64,000 nt of DNA from Bispira polyomma (Eukaryota), in assembly GCA_965649765.1 (NCBI GenBank), contig OZ287756.1, positions 33,852,001 through 33,916,000 of the forward strand. The letters are read 5' to 3'. The notes under the pieces are model-generated. The model had not been told where the DNA came from. It worked only from the letters and a program-made list of their open reading frames with translations, and ran no database searches. Shown piece after piece: positions 1-12,970 of the stretch. Within the stretch, counting starts at the first letter, position 1. Each line of letters opens with the position of its first letter. The position numbers and the translations under genes are program-made.

Positions 1-643
1 TGCATAACTTGATTTAACCTAAAATGTCTGGGTTTTTTTTTGTGGCATCAGTTAACTGCATGGATGGTGCTCAATTTTGTCTCTGTACATTACAATACAT
101 TACATTGTCTCCTGTCTTTGATAAAAAAGTTGATATGCCCTCAGGTTAGAAGCATGTAACTCGGGTGTTCTATAAACTTACTTTATCTTACCCTGTCTTG
201 TTTTGGTATAAGCATCTCATAACTTATCTTTTAGCATCAGCATATCTTTGAGGATACATCACAAATATATTGAAGTCAGTTTTGTTATTGTTGGTCGCAA
301 GTACAACATGTTCAAGCTTTTCTAATGACACAGTTACTGCATTGATATATTTATACTGACACTAATTTTATTAACATGGCTTTACATATTTTAAAGATTA
401 TACAAAAATGAACAGTGTGTTTAATGCGTAGGGGGCTGTTGGAGGCCACTGGATTTGGTACAGATTGAATCTAGAAATAGAAGTTATTTTAGGGAGTTAT
501 GCTTCATATTTACAAATACATGCATCACAAAAATCCTGATATTTGATGATTATTATGTAGACTATACACTGCATGGATCTAAACCCCCATGTCTAAACCC
601 CCATGTCTCTTCCTGCACTAATTTAGTATTGTTGTTTTTTCAG

Positions 644-791
644 AACATAGACTTTCCAAGTTTACAATTTATGGGTCTAATAGTTCACATGCTCCACAAG
701 ATGATTCAACAGATAATGTGGAATGTGGTTATAGGCTTCATACAGTTTAAAACAGTTACAAAATGATTTGCAGTTCACCTGTTATGGCCAG
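644..791 (+). CDS. exon: F-type lectin domain, middle part (HRLSKFTIYGSNS...ECGY...*...ICSSPVMA)
   Basis: ttttcag acceptor, ag|gtaac donor; RLxxFxI...C...IC pattern of F-type lectins; TAA at 748-750. Confidence 0.65.
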
Positions 792-1264
792 GTAACTTTT
801 ACATATTACAAACATGTTCTAAGTATCTAAAAATATATGACAGTTTTACATTAATGCTTATTTTACATTTTTAGATAATTAGGATGAAGACCTCTAACAC
901 ATATCTTTGAAAGGTTTTTGTCTGTGAAATAATCTATTTAGTTAAGTTAGTCACCCAAACAAAAATGTTGCTTCTTTGAAAAGAATACAAACTTTTTATC
1001 ATATAACAAATATAATATATTGTATACAACACGGTTTTTTTCTTCAGTTTTCAACAGCTTTTTTAGATTGTAATATATCTCTAGTCGTATATGACACAAC
1101 TTTAGGAAATATATTTAATTAAACACTATATTTCCTTGTAAGCTCTTGCATTAAGGCTATATTAGGTAATAATATTAAGAATTAAAGTTTGTTCAATCAG
1201 TAAAATTTTGATGTGTGCCCATTGCATCTGTCTCTATGTCAGGGCGGTATTTTCTATGTTTTAG

Positions 1265-1339
1265 TTACGTACATATAGAGAAAAAATTTGCACGTAAGAG
1301 ACGAACGTCTGCTATGTCTGTGTGAAGTGGAAATAGAAG
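1265..1339 (+). CDS. exon: F-type lectin C-terminus (YVHIE...LLCLCEVEIE)
   Basis: ttttag acceptor, g|gtaat donor; hallmark YVxI and LxLCEVE motifs, which join only if one A is removed from the A6 run. Confidence 0.7.
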
Positions 1340-1718
1340 GTAATGGATTTTTATTGAATGGACTAGGATACTGTATAATACTGATTTGAGGTGTAATGTA
1401 AGCCAGGAGAAGGGTTCCTAGACCATTGGACATACTTACTCTCTGATGCCATTGAGCTCCAACTTATTTCCCTGGATTTGTCAAGAAGCATACTTCATAA
1501 CAGTATTCATATGATGAATTACTTACTTGCTTAACATGAGGGTTCCGAGAAACCATTATTAAATGAATGCATTAGGAATGACTGGAAGTAGGAATTATCA
1601 GTGTCGACTCTTTTGCCACATATGGAGTTTAGAAGGAAACAATGATCTGCCATACTGTGTTCTAAATATGCTGATTCCATGTTTGGCATATCTGTTAACC
1701 TTGCAAAGGGTTTCACAT

Positions 1719-1950
1719 GGGGTCTTAATGGTGTAGTGGTAGCACTTTGGCTTCATACCTCTGTAGTTGCCATTTCAAAATCTCCACCTGGACAGACAAG
1801 AGGAAAAAGGTAACAGTAGGTTTGATGCAGGCTGGTGGTTTACAGTAGAGATAAACTAACCTGGACTGATATACTTAACCAGTGAACTTGTCAATCATAA
1901 CATCATATGAAGGTGTTATGGGTGATGGTAGAGCCCCACAGAAATAAACG
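1719..1950 (+). mobile_element. degenerate tRNA-derived SINE
   Basis: GGGG start and pol III A-box TGGTGTAGTGG (1729-1739); layout similar to the SINE at 39970. Confidence 0.5.
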
Positions 1951-2115
1951 TCCCACTCATATATTTTTCATCTAGTTTACACTTTAATATTTGGTGATAT
2001 ATCCTTAGCAAATAGAAACATTTTAACATTGTTAGTGCAATTTGCAAATATTACTTTATTTATTAGAAAATAAAAGCTATAGAAAGTATTTAATGCAATA
2101 GTTCTTCATATCTAG

Positions 2116-2253
2116 TCTGCCCAGTCAACACTTATGGCCAGCAGTGTAAACAGTGTGGTCACTGTCAGAACCCCCAGTGTGACTGGACCTCAGAGACTGG
2201 TGACTGTTTTGGTGGTTGTACAGCAGGGTATACAGGGAATAGCTGTGACTCAG
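2116..2253 (+). CDS. EGF-like exon 1 (CPVNTYGQQCKQCGHC...CFGGCTAGYTGNSC)
   Basis: Phase-1/phase-1 exon of 138 nt with the 8-Cys MEGF-type pattern. Confidence 0.85.
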
Positions 2254-4442
2254 GTACTAAATGATATATATCACAGTTAAAATATGAAATAAAATCTAAA
2301 AGTTGTCATATGGAAAATGTGCTGTGTAGGTCAAAAATGAGCTCTTAATAAATATTAAGAAACTGATTTTTTTAAGAAACTGAATTTTCGACAATTTCAA
2401 ACCTTAAATTGTTAAATCTCATTAACCATTGAATGATTTTAATGGGAAAAAAATAAAGTAAAATTGAGGCTTTTCTTTAAAACTTTCGCAGTGCCGTTAC
2501 TGGTCTAAATTAAAAGCAAGTGTCATTCAAAAAAGCAACCCATTTTGTACGACTGACAAATGAGGTATGACAAATACCTAACGAGATCACAGAGACAAGC
2601 ATTTTGACACCCCCAGGGTCATCTGACCTTAAATATATGAAAAACATTCCCACTCCTGTTTGATATAGTTGCCAAAACGGTGAGAAAACCACAGGTTGAA
2701 TATGATAAACTTACCCTAATAACAATAGACAATATCTGTAATAGAAAAATTAAAAGTCATCTGTTTTAAATTGCCAACCGAAGTTTTCAGCTAAATTCAA
2801 GATGGCCGCCATTCCAACCTATTTTGGTCATAACCCTGTGTATATTAAACGTACACACTTGATTTAAGTGGCAAAACCACGATTTTTATACCAAACGAAT
2901 CATTTCCTTTGTACAAATAAGTTGTGTCTTTTTTTTTTATATCAACATGAATCAAAAATTTCTGACTTTTTTCCAAAATATGATGCAAATTTTTTACTAA
3001 AGTTTCCAACCGGAATTACATGTAAAATAATTTAATTTTTTTTTCAATTAAATCTGATGGCCACATATGGTATTTTCTCTTCTACTACATAGTGGTCATC
3101 ATCATAATCGGATCATAATTTAGCTTGTGCAAATAAATTTTAAAATTGACATAGTGGAATGCTATCCACTTAATAATGATTAAAAAACATATTTTAAATG
3201 TCAACGTAAATTATTATTGATACTTTCAAAATCAACATTCCGAAACTCACTTACTGAGGACCTGTCCTATATAACAATGACTGTTGAGTAAAACTAGTTC
3301 AGGAACATGTATAAAAAATAAAAGGCTCAAACAGAAATCTAATTACTGACTTCCATAAAACAACTCGGGCCAACAACTTTATATCTCAACTATCAAGTGG
3401 ACTGACTGTTAAGTAAAACTAGTTCAGGAAGATGAAAGCTGACTGTCTTAAATAAGCAGTTATTGTTGGAAAATGTCCACTATAATGGCTAAAACAACCT
3501 ACTGTAAAATCAGAATTAAAAGCTGAAACTATATATGCTATATATTTTTATCTAATGGCAGACAAAGTCTGACTAGAGATGTTGTTCTGGCAAACGAAAA
3601 CAGTATGGAAATTTGTGAAGACAGTACTTTCTATCATTTTCCTTCAGAAAATCAAACTACTTTTGCAGCAGTAACCATTGTTTGCTGCTCAGCACACGGC
3701 AGTCGATCTTATATTTGTAATCCTTGTCTTATTTTGTTTGCACTTAAGACATACAGTTTGATCTACTAAAACTATTGATGGGTTCCCTATGTAAAAGGCC
3801 TGGTTATAGAATAATTTATATATGTGGCCAATACTAGGTTTGGGGATATGTATAACTATATATATCTTTTTCTTCCCCCCCCCCCCCTTTTCGTAAGGAC
3901 CCAGTAACGCTTTCAATGAATTTGTCTTTAGAATGGGCCATTATATTCTGTAATTTTTTTTAATCAGCCAATGAGTAAACTGCCTACAATATGACTTGGC
4001 TAGCATCACCAATAACTACGTAATATAAAAACTCTTTAACATAAAATAAATAAAACGTGGCGGGGTTCTTGCAAATGGACCCTTAAATGATAAAATATAT
4101 TGCAGTTTAAATATGTGAGTGAACCGCTCAGAATATCAGCTGATATGTGTGTAGTTTGGAAAACATGGCTTCACAATTCAATTTCCTTAAATAACATATT
4201 TTATTTATAATTTGTAAGTCTGTTTGATAGAAACAAAGCAAGCCCAGATTTCGGAACACAAAAAAGTAAGATAAGCTCTTTATTTTGTCATACAAACACA
4301 ATAGCGTTTCTAAAATTTACATTATGTACATTAATCCCTTCAATTTGCTTTCCAAATATCCTAATTTCTATGTGCTTTCCAAACTACGCTATTTATTGTT
4401 AAGATGTTTAGAAGTATCACACGTTGGTGGTCAGCCAATCAG

Positions 4443-4915
4443 GGGCCTGTAAATGGAAGCCCTCGTTACACAAACAAGTTTGTTAGGTGTTGGTTAAGGC
4501 TTAGTTTGCAAAGTTTTGTGTAAATGGAAGCCTTAGTTAGTTTACTGCTGGTTAACTTTGTTCCTAAAAAACCCCAAAGTGAACGATATAGATGAGTACA
4601 TTGTGATACATTGTGGTTTACGTATATTTCAAAGTTCTAGATACATGATACACAGACCTTCTTGTTACACTTGATGGATCAATAACTCTGTATAAGACAT
4701 ATAAAAGCTTGGTGTTTTGTTAAATTGTGCATAATTTCTACATTTATTATGATATCATATAACCACATCAGTTAGACCTTCGTTTGGGCTGAACTAACGA
4801 AAATCTAACAAATGGTTTCCATTTACCCACATAGTTGTTTAATTATAGTCTCGTAGTTTGGTAATTACACATTTGTTAGTTGACATTTTAATGAAGGTTT
4901 CGATTTACAAGGCCC
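4443..4915. mobile_element. MITE with ~25-bp imperfect TIRs
   Basis: gggcctgtaaatggaagccctcgtt versus aatgaaggtttcgatttacaaggccc; shorter relative at 63576-63687; internal part also present inverted at 39170-39360. Confidence 0.7.
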
Positions 4916-5044
4916 ATAGTCACTGATACAGTAACCAATAAAATCGATTCATACTAACAGACATTGACCCTCAACAATCAAAATTAAGTTATAGTAAGAA
5001 AAGTGTTGATTTTATTAACACAGCCACTGATAATGTCATTGACA

Positions 5045-6110
5045 GCTACATGTTTGCCATTAACTTGTATATAGTTTCCCTCTCAGCTAGCCTATTGTAT
5101 AGATTGGATAGCGTCATGTACTTTTGCTAAGATCAGTTCCGCTCACTTCTGGCATCTAGCAGAATTCTTGTTATCATCATTTATTAGATATATAGGTTTG
5201 CCTCTGTTGCTTTATATTTGGACATACTCTTATCTTCTTGAGTTAACATGAATACTTGCATTTTATTAAAACAATCCACTGACAGAGCAAGTTTGAGAAA
5301 AAAAGGAAACCAAGTATTTTGAAAAATCCCATGGAACAGTTTAACAGATATGTATTGGAGTACATACACTTTACCTGTACAAATTGCATTTGTTTAAATT
5401 GTTTTTAAATGTTGGAAGGAATGAGATTATAATTGTCCTTTTAGAAGCAAATTTTACAGAAATAAGATAAGATGAAGTAATAAAAAGTTAGTTAATACAT
5501 GACAGTTAGAAATGAATAGTTTGTAAGGGGTCAGCAATACATTGTGATAAATCCTTCGAACCCCTTGCACTGGTTCATAAATGGGCTATTCAAAACAGCA
5601 CCATCCCTTTGAAATGTATGCTATTACCTCTAGTATAATATGTCAGGATATATATTTAGATACTTTAAGAATGCGACAATGGTGTTGGAATATTTTTAGG
5701 TAAATGTCATAGCATTGGAGATGATTATCTAGCATCATCTCACAATGTGGTGGCCACACCATTCTGTTCTCAATTTTGACTCTGTATCAATTAAAAACAG
5801 GATGTCAGTTTGTTTCAGTTGGTATTTGAAAGACATATCTATGCTCAGATTAAAAGAAGTGGAATTTAGGTGCACAATATCACCTCCATGGAGACGGGAA
5901 ATAATACATCCATGCCAGTCCTTATAGCACATAATGATTACTTTATATCTGACTTATTTTACTTCCAGACTGTCCAGATAAAACGTATGGCATTGGTTGT
6001 AAAAGTTGTTCAAACCGGTGCCAAAATTCTGAATGTGAGAAGCACTTGGAAACAATGGAGTGTAGCAATAGATGTCAAGCAGGATATCAAGGGTTGGATT
6101 GTTCAGAGGG
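5045..6110 (+). repeat. duplicated intron+exon block (partner 16445-16812)
   Basis: 5045-5210 matches 16445-16600; 5903-6110 matches 16605-16811. Confidence 0.85.
5969..6109 (+). CDS. EGF-like exon 2 (CPDKTYGIGCKSCSNRC...CQAGYQGLDC)
   Basis: ttccag acceptor, g|gtaag donor, 141 nt. Confidence 0.85.
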
Positions 6111-7898
6111 TAAGTAAAAGCATTACATTTGAATAATTCCTCAATTGCAAATACTTCAAGGGCAATTCCTGTTTTAGGTTTTCATAACACACACAAATAA
6201 CTTTTAAAAAGTAGGACTATGTAACATAAACTCAACACTATATTCTTACTTTACTATTGGAATAGGATTTTTATACGTTGTGATTCTCACACAATGTATG
6301 AGTTTAAATTTTATTCAAAAATGGCTTTAAATCTTTCATCATGATACTGACTTTATATAAATGGCCACCAGTGGCAATAATGATCACCGCTACATAACAC
6401 ACTAATTATTTTCTAATCATTTATTGTGCTTATTTTTTTGCAATATTTGATTAGAATACAGCTAAGAATTAGTTAGTAATACACAATAGCAAAAAAAAAA
6501 AATACCAAGATGACGTGAGCACTTTGATTGAATACCCAAAACAACTGTTTGACCATTTTTTTTGTCAAGTCAGTAGAACTTCATACAATATGAGGCAGGC
6601 ATGGATCAAGTATTAAAAATAAAAATCAGTCAATATTTATTTATCAAACCCAAGCGGTACACATTGCCATTGAACTGTCAGTACATTATTTTCTAATAAT
6701 GTAGCATAAGAAAATAATGTAGTGTTAGTTTTTTTTACCATTTATTAAAGTAAATATTTAAAGAAGCATTCCTCATTTAATTTCAATTTTTATACAAAAA
6801 TGTAGTTTTAGTTAGGTTGGGTTTTATAATAGATAAACACCTCATAACACTTACTAAAGGCCCTCGTACTCCATTAAGTTTACATAATGTAGTGCCCCTT
6901 GGGTTTTATAATCTATATAATCAAAGACAGTGTGGGAAAGCTGGTATAAATAAATTCTAGCAAATTCATTGTCTATAATATGTGTGTAATATACATGCAA
7001 CTACAGTCAGAAAAATACGACAGTGTGCAATGGTGTATTCACATCCAGAGTAAGGATGTTATCCTTTAATAAGTATTATGGGGATTGACCTTGCCATTGA
7101 TAGGCAAATTAATTCAAAAGTCTAACAACCTGCCATACATATAAATACCTACAAATATTCTAAGTGTACATATGCATCCTGTAAACATTAATTACATTTA
7201 CTGATCTGCTTTAAGAGTTTAAATTACCACCATGTTAAAGTTGCCACCTTTTTAAATTACACAGTAATGATATCAGTTGTATAAAAATCTACATATAATA
7301 ATTAAACCTCTTTTGATTAAGAAAATTAGTAATGTACCTTGGGTAACACTCATTCTAAAGAACAGTGACACTATAATCTAACATCAAAAGAGCTAAGTTT
7401 AAACTAATTTTATATTACCGCTGGGGGTGCAATCCAAAATTAATTTTAAATGACTGGGGGTAATATTTAAAATTGGTTAAAAATGAGAGGGCGTAATGTA
7501 GAAGGGGGTCACGTTTAATATGCTATACCCTGGTCATCTGCAATGAAATACTGGTAGTATTTTGCTTATTGTTTGCCCTGTGCATGAAGTCAACTGACTA
7601 CATTAGGTCTGCCATAGCAGAGGTTTCTTGGTCGATTAACCATGCAGGTTGTTTTACTGTTGTACCCGTGTCTATTCATTTTGGCCTGTGTACAAATCTT
7701 AACTGACTTTATTGAGTCTTCCAAAGCAGGGACATTCTCACAAATGTGATGACATAGTTTCGTTCACATTTAATACACAGTATATATTAATGTTGAAGTG
7801 TTTCAGCTACTTATGGAGCAAGATTTTAATGTTTGCATTATTGATCAGTGGGAGGTCCTACACGACATAACCATGAATGTTTACATATTATGTTGCAG

Positions 7899-8039
7899 AG
7901 TGTGAGGACAAAACCTATGGAATAGGTTGTATATCATGTTCTGAGAACTACACAGATGGAAAGTGTAAGAAGTTTTCAGAAACACTGATCTGTACAGATG
8001 GGTGTAAAGCTGGAAGAACAGGAGAGGATTGTCCACTGG
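7899..8039 (+). CDS. EGF-like exon 3 (CEDKTYGIGCISCSENY...CKAGRTGEDC)
   Basis: ttgcag acceptor, g|gtgag donor, 141 nt; one Cys replaced by Tyr. Confidence 0.85.
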
Positions 8040-8617
8040 GTGAGACAAAGATAAATGCAGACTTGTGTATATAAAGGATCTGGAAACTATTGTGTGTGGA
8101 ATGGTGGTCTCCTAATAAAATTTTAAATTAAATATACTTCTGTCAAGACAGTTTGGATGTTCAATTTCCAGATTTGTGTCTCTCATTTAAATTTCATTAA
8201 CTTTGACATATTATTTGGACACTGAATTTGTGACACCATAATCTTATAATACAAAAAATATCATAAAATTATATATAGTCTTATATGTCCATATTTAAAA
8301 GTTGTTAAACTATTTTAACTTTTTATACATTATGTCATCAGAGTGCAAAATTTATTAAGGCTACTTTCAAAAATAAATTTGCACAGAAGGCCAAAACAAA
8401 CATGTTTTAGTGATATGTTCATTCGATAGTGATCTTTCATACGTAAAAATGGGTTGTAATAAATAATTTGACTACAAAATGTTTCTGGGTTCTGTTATAC
8501 ATGTTTATGTTTTGGTTTGTTTGTGTCATTCTTGATAAAATTGACTTGATTATATAAAATTAAATTCATATTATTCAAATGACTTTTCATTCGTCTACAT
8601 TTGTTACATATGGATAA

Positions 8618-8828
8618 TGTGCACAACACGACTACTCTAGGGGTCTGTTAGTTCAGTCCAACATAAGATTTATCCAACCTTAAAAATTTTAGGTTACACA
8701 TAACCTTTATTTTCCTGTTTATGTGACAACCTCCAATCAAATTCAAGCTTAGTCACCCATGACCGCTCCCCTCCATTCTCTTAGCATTATTAACTCGAGA
8801 TTTGAACGAGCAACACAGACATTTTGAA
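8618..8828 (+). repeat. E1 repeat A1 (211 bp)
   Basis: Matches 14140-14350 with 2 differences seen. Confidence 0.95.
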
Positions 8829-8903
8829 AACTGGAATGTATACAGTAATTTTTATTTATGTTATTTTAGTTTGTTTTTAGTTTTATACATCCAGTAATTA
8901 TTT

Positions 8904-10322
8904 ATGTATAGTGTGATCCATAAGAAGAAAATGGGCAAAACAACGAAGAAAACGCCAGTTACAAGGGCGAACAAAGCTAGGACTAAGAAGAGCACGGTAA
9001 TTTCTACAGACCTCAGCAAAGGTCAGCAGGTATCTGACTTTATAGTTTCCGAGGTTCAAGCTCAGTTAACTGCCTTAGCGGCTAGACCTCTCGAACCGTC
9101 TCCAGAATTCTTGTCCACAACTACTACCAACTCCGGGGCCGTTTATGGTCAGGTCACACCTGCACGTGCACCTAATACCATCACCACTGAGTCTTCATTG
9201 CCACATACTCTGGGTTACTCGACTGCAGACAGAGACCTTCCTTATGCTGGGGTTACACCTTCACGTTTGCAGACCACATCGGGGGCGACTGTCATTCAAC
9301 CATTCATGGCGAGTCAACAGCCCATGTCGAGCGTTACTGTTAGCACAGACAGCTCATCAGAGATGCTGGCTATACTCAGACGACTGGAAACTTCGAACGC
9401 AGAACTCAGTCAGCGAATCAGTAAGGTTGAAACGACTCAGACCCAACAAGCGTTACTTACTAGGCCGGCAGCAGATACCACAGGAAAACACCATTCCACT
9501 TTGGCACCTCCGGCGTCAGTAGCTCCACCTCCATTAGGTCACACGTGGGCGTTGAATTCAGGTCCAACCACATTATCCTCAGGTCATCAGGATTTTGCTA
9601 AGGACGGCGTGGTTCCACAACTGGACACTCTTCGGGCGATACCAGCTATACAGGCTGCCATAGCCAGGCAGTTAGCGAGATATGAGACCAATAACCAAAG
9701 AGACATTCTTCAAGGTAAGGCTCCAGTAAAACAGAAATCTGGGCGTTATAACAGTTCTGACATTTCCACAGCAGACCCCAAATTTCGATGGCCGAATGAG
9801 GGGTGGGTAGGCGTTAACGCAAAACGGAAACCGACTTTTGACGACTTGTCTTTGGCGCAATGGGCAGCTGGGCAGCTCAACAATGCTCTTCTAGTAGCAG
9901 ACCCTGCCTTGATGAAAGGTATGATCCAGCAAGTAGTTCACACGCTCTGGGACGCGGCAGCTCTTCCCTGGCCAGTGGTTCGCACGGCCTGGGGCCACAG
10001 TATGCAGGAAATAGAAGAAGGGCAACTTACATGGGACAACCAAACGCAGTGGGCTTTAAATAGATTAAGTGCATTTCAAATGGCACTAGTAAGCAATACT
10101 GGGAACAATGGTAGCAATGATCTGAGTAAGGGGAAACAAAATGAATTTAAGACGATCTGTAAGTTGTACAACAGTGGGAAATGTTCTCACAAAACCGACC
10201 ATGCTAATTACAGGCACATTTGTTGGCATTGTTCAAAAACACTTTGTAAGGATGCAGAGTTTAAATGCTTTAAATTCCAGGCCAATCTGAACAAGAACCT
10301 AGAACAGTCAAATAATCGTTAG
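8904..10322 (+). CDS. gag: E1 gag-like ORF1 (intact, C-terminal Cys/His knuckles)
   Basis: 472-aa ORF; KSGRYN..WPNE..FDDL block shared with E3 gag; CxxYNxGxCxH...HICxxC. Confidence 0.85.
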   Translation: MYSVIHKKKMGKTTKKTPVTRANKARTKKSTVISTDLSKGQQVSDFIVSEVQAQLTALAARPLEPSPEFLSTTTTNSGAVYGQVTPARAPNTITTESSLPHTLGYSTADRDLPYAGVTPSRLQTTSGATVIQPFMASQQPMSSVTVSTDSSSEMLAILRRLETSNAELSQRISKVETTQTQQALLTRPAADTTGKHHSTLAPPASVAPPPLGHTWALNSGPTTLSSGHQDFAKDGVVPQLDTLRAIPAIQAAIARQLARYETNNQRDILQGKAPVKQKSGRYNSSDISTADPKFRWPNEGWVGVNAKRKPTFDDLSLAQWAAGQLNNALLVADPALMKGMIQQVVHTLWDAAALPWPVVRTAWGHSMQEIEEGQLTWDNQTQWALNRLSAFQMALVSNTGNNGSNDLSKGKQNEFKTICKLYNSGKCSHKTDHANYRHICWHCSKTLCKDAEFKCFKFQANLNKNLEQSNNR

Positions 10323-12967
10323 GGACAATACCGTCAGCCAATCAGCGAATCGGAAGTGTATAGTATTAAGCAGGAAAGTAGTTTAATTTGTGTCACTAGT
10401 AAGGAAGGTAAACAAGTTGGTACTAAAATAAATAATGATGATCTTAATGCCAAGACTAATTCTAACATTGCCAATAATGTTCACATGCAGGTAGTGGAGA
10501 ACACACCAAGGGAGTATTATGATACTGTGAATGATTTAAAAAATAGTAGAAAGGTAGTTAATTGTTTACAGGAAAATTTTGAGGATACTAATCCTATTTT
10601 ATCAGTTAAGTTCTACGGTAAAGATACTGGTTGTACTACCGGTGAAACTATTCAAGTGCATATATCTGTTACAAATTTCTCTGAAATTTCAAGTTATGGG
10701 GGAGTCATGGCCCCAGTGGTTTATATTCAGAGTGAAAATAAGAACTTTAGCAAGGGCTTCTATTGCCTTTGTCACTGTGCTACATACAATTGTATGGTAT
10801 ATTCTCCAACAGTTGTTAATTCAACAGGTGAACTGCAAATTATAGATTCATACAAAGCTGAAATTTGGTGGGAAGATAGTGTAATAGGAAAAATTCAACC
10901 TAGTATTGCTAATTATTCTTATGATATCAGGCAACAAGCAAAAAACTGTTACTATTACCATGGAAGAGATTTGCAGTCCTCTGTTCAACATAATTATAAC
11001 TATACTTCTTATATAGAAAATGTTATTGATGTTTTAATTAAGCAGTCACAGGCAGCAGATGTCTGTCATGTCAAAGATAGTCAAAATGTAAATAAAATGA
11101 TTGTTAATAAAAGCAAGCAGGTAAAGGTGAGTAGTGACAACTTACCGTATTCACACACGCATCCGTCTGTCTTCTTCGAAAATTGTCATAGCACAAATAT
11201 CCAGGTAGACAGAAATATTACCAGTTCTGGTAACACTGACATTAATAATCCAGATAAAACTACAGGTTTCATGGCACTTTCTTCCACAAAATTTGAATTT
11301 ATAGGTCCTGACAGGAAACCTGTCAACATTGACTCGGTAGGAAAAATGATTGAAATCGGCAAGTTGGTTAGTGACACTGAGCTTCCTAGCTACAAAAAAG
11401 CCAGGTATCCAATCATTTCAGGTTTGAACCCAAGTGCTTGGGAAAACATTTTTTCCGATTATCCTGGTAATCCAGTATGTTAAATTTGGATTTCCTTTAA
11501 GTCTTACTAATTCTGATAGCTTAAACAATATAAGAATAAAAAAACACTTCTCTGCTTTACAACACACTAAGGCTGTAGGTCAATATCTAGACAAAGAGAA
11601 AGACAATGGAGCTATGTTGGGCCCAGTCAAAGCCATTCACTCTACACAATTACATTGTTCTCCATTATTAACTCGTCCAAAAGATGTTGACAAAAGGCGA
11701 GTAATTTTGAATCTCTCTTATCCCCAGGGTAATTCCCTGAATGACAATGTTAACAAAGTACAGTTTGACGGGGTAAAATTTAAATTAAAATTTCCAACGA
11801 TAGATGATATTACACAGGCAATTCGTTGCACTCAGGAACCGACTTTGTTTAAAATCGATATTTCGCGCGCATTTTGTAACCTTTGTAAAATTTTGTAAGT
11901 TGGGCATATCTTGGAACGACGAGTTGTATCTGGATCCGGCGATTCCATTCGGGTGGGTTCATGGGAGCGGGGCGTTTCAGCGATGCTCAGACGCAGTAGC
12001 ATTTCATATGAATAAGTCAGGTTTTAATTTACTTTGCTACATCGATGACTACATATGTATCACACCTAAACATAAGGCTAAGGAAGGCTTTGAAATTTTA
12101 ACAGATTTACTATGTAAATTAGGTATTCCCATGAACAGCGACCAACTCACCCCACTCACACAGACTATGACATGTTTGGGCATAGATATTGATATACAGA
12201 AGGGCACAATTTCTATCACTAAAGAAAAAATTACCCAAATTTGGGATCTATGTTTGGAAATTTATAATAAAAAATTCATTTCAAAAAACAAATTTCAATC
12301 CTTGTTAGGTAGTCTGCTGTACATTCACAAATGTGTGAAGCCAGCGCGTACTTTCATAAATAGATTCTTAATAGCATTTAGAGGCAATACTAACAAGCGC
12401 ATTAAGGTCAATGTGGACATGAAAAGTGATTTACAATGGTTTCTAAAATTTCTGCCTTCCTACAACGGAGTCACATATATTAACTCCACCATAGTTTTGC
12501 ACGCTAACGAACTACATCTGGACGCTTGTCTCACAGGGTTTGGAGGCGTTTGGGGTGACCAGGTATATGCAACTCCGATACATAACGTTTACAACCGAGA
12601 CTTAAATATTGCACAACTCGAGATGTTAAATATTATAATAGCTATTAGAATCTGGGCGAATGACTGGGCCCACAGCAAATTAAACATTCATTGTGATAAC
12701 ATGGCTGTAGTATTGGTTGTCGGATCCCAAAAGACTAAAGATGATTTCTTAGCACTCTGTTTAAGAAACTTGTGGCTAATAGCAGCAGTATATCATATAA
12801 CACTTACTATAGAACATATTCCTGGGAAACAAAATATTACAGCAGACGCTTTATCTAGAGTATACTCACCTAACCCACCTTGTGTGGAAATGATGGAGGC
12901 ATTAAACAATAATTTTCAATGGAAACAAGTTCCATTGGAACACTTTAACCTTAATTTATCTGTGTAA
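10323..12967 (+). pseudogene. pol: E1 pol: N-terminal extension + RT + RNase H, two frameshifts (~11470, ~11890)
   Basis: FGFP, CSPLLTRPK, KIDISRAF, PFG, YIDD, LDACLTG, HCDN, NITADALSR. Confidence 0.9.
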
Positions 12968-12970
12968 TAG

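Noticed and set aside
455-766. ORF-track proteins overlapping host exons (455-766, 5870-6136, 16613-16852, 18140-18328)
   Set aside because: They are wrong-frame translations across real spliced exons.
1719-1800. tRNA genes here and at 39970
   Set aside because: No complete cloverleaf; both continue into SINE bodies, and the copy at 39970 has an A-tail and TSD.
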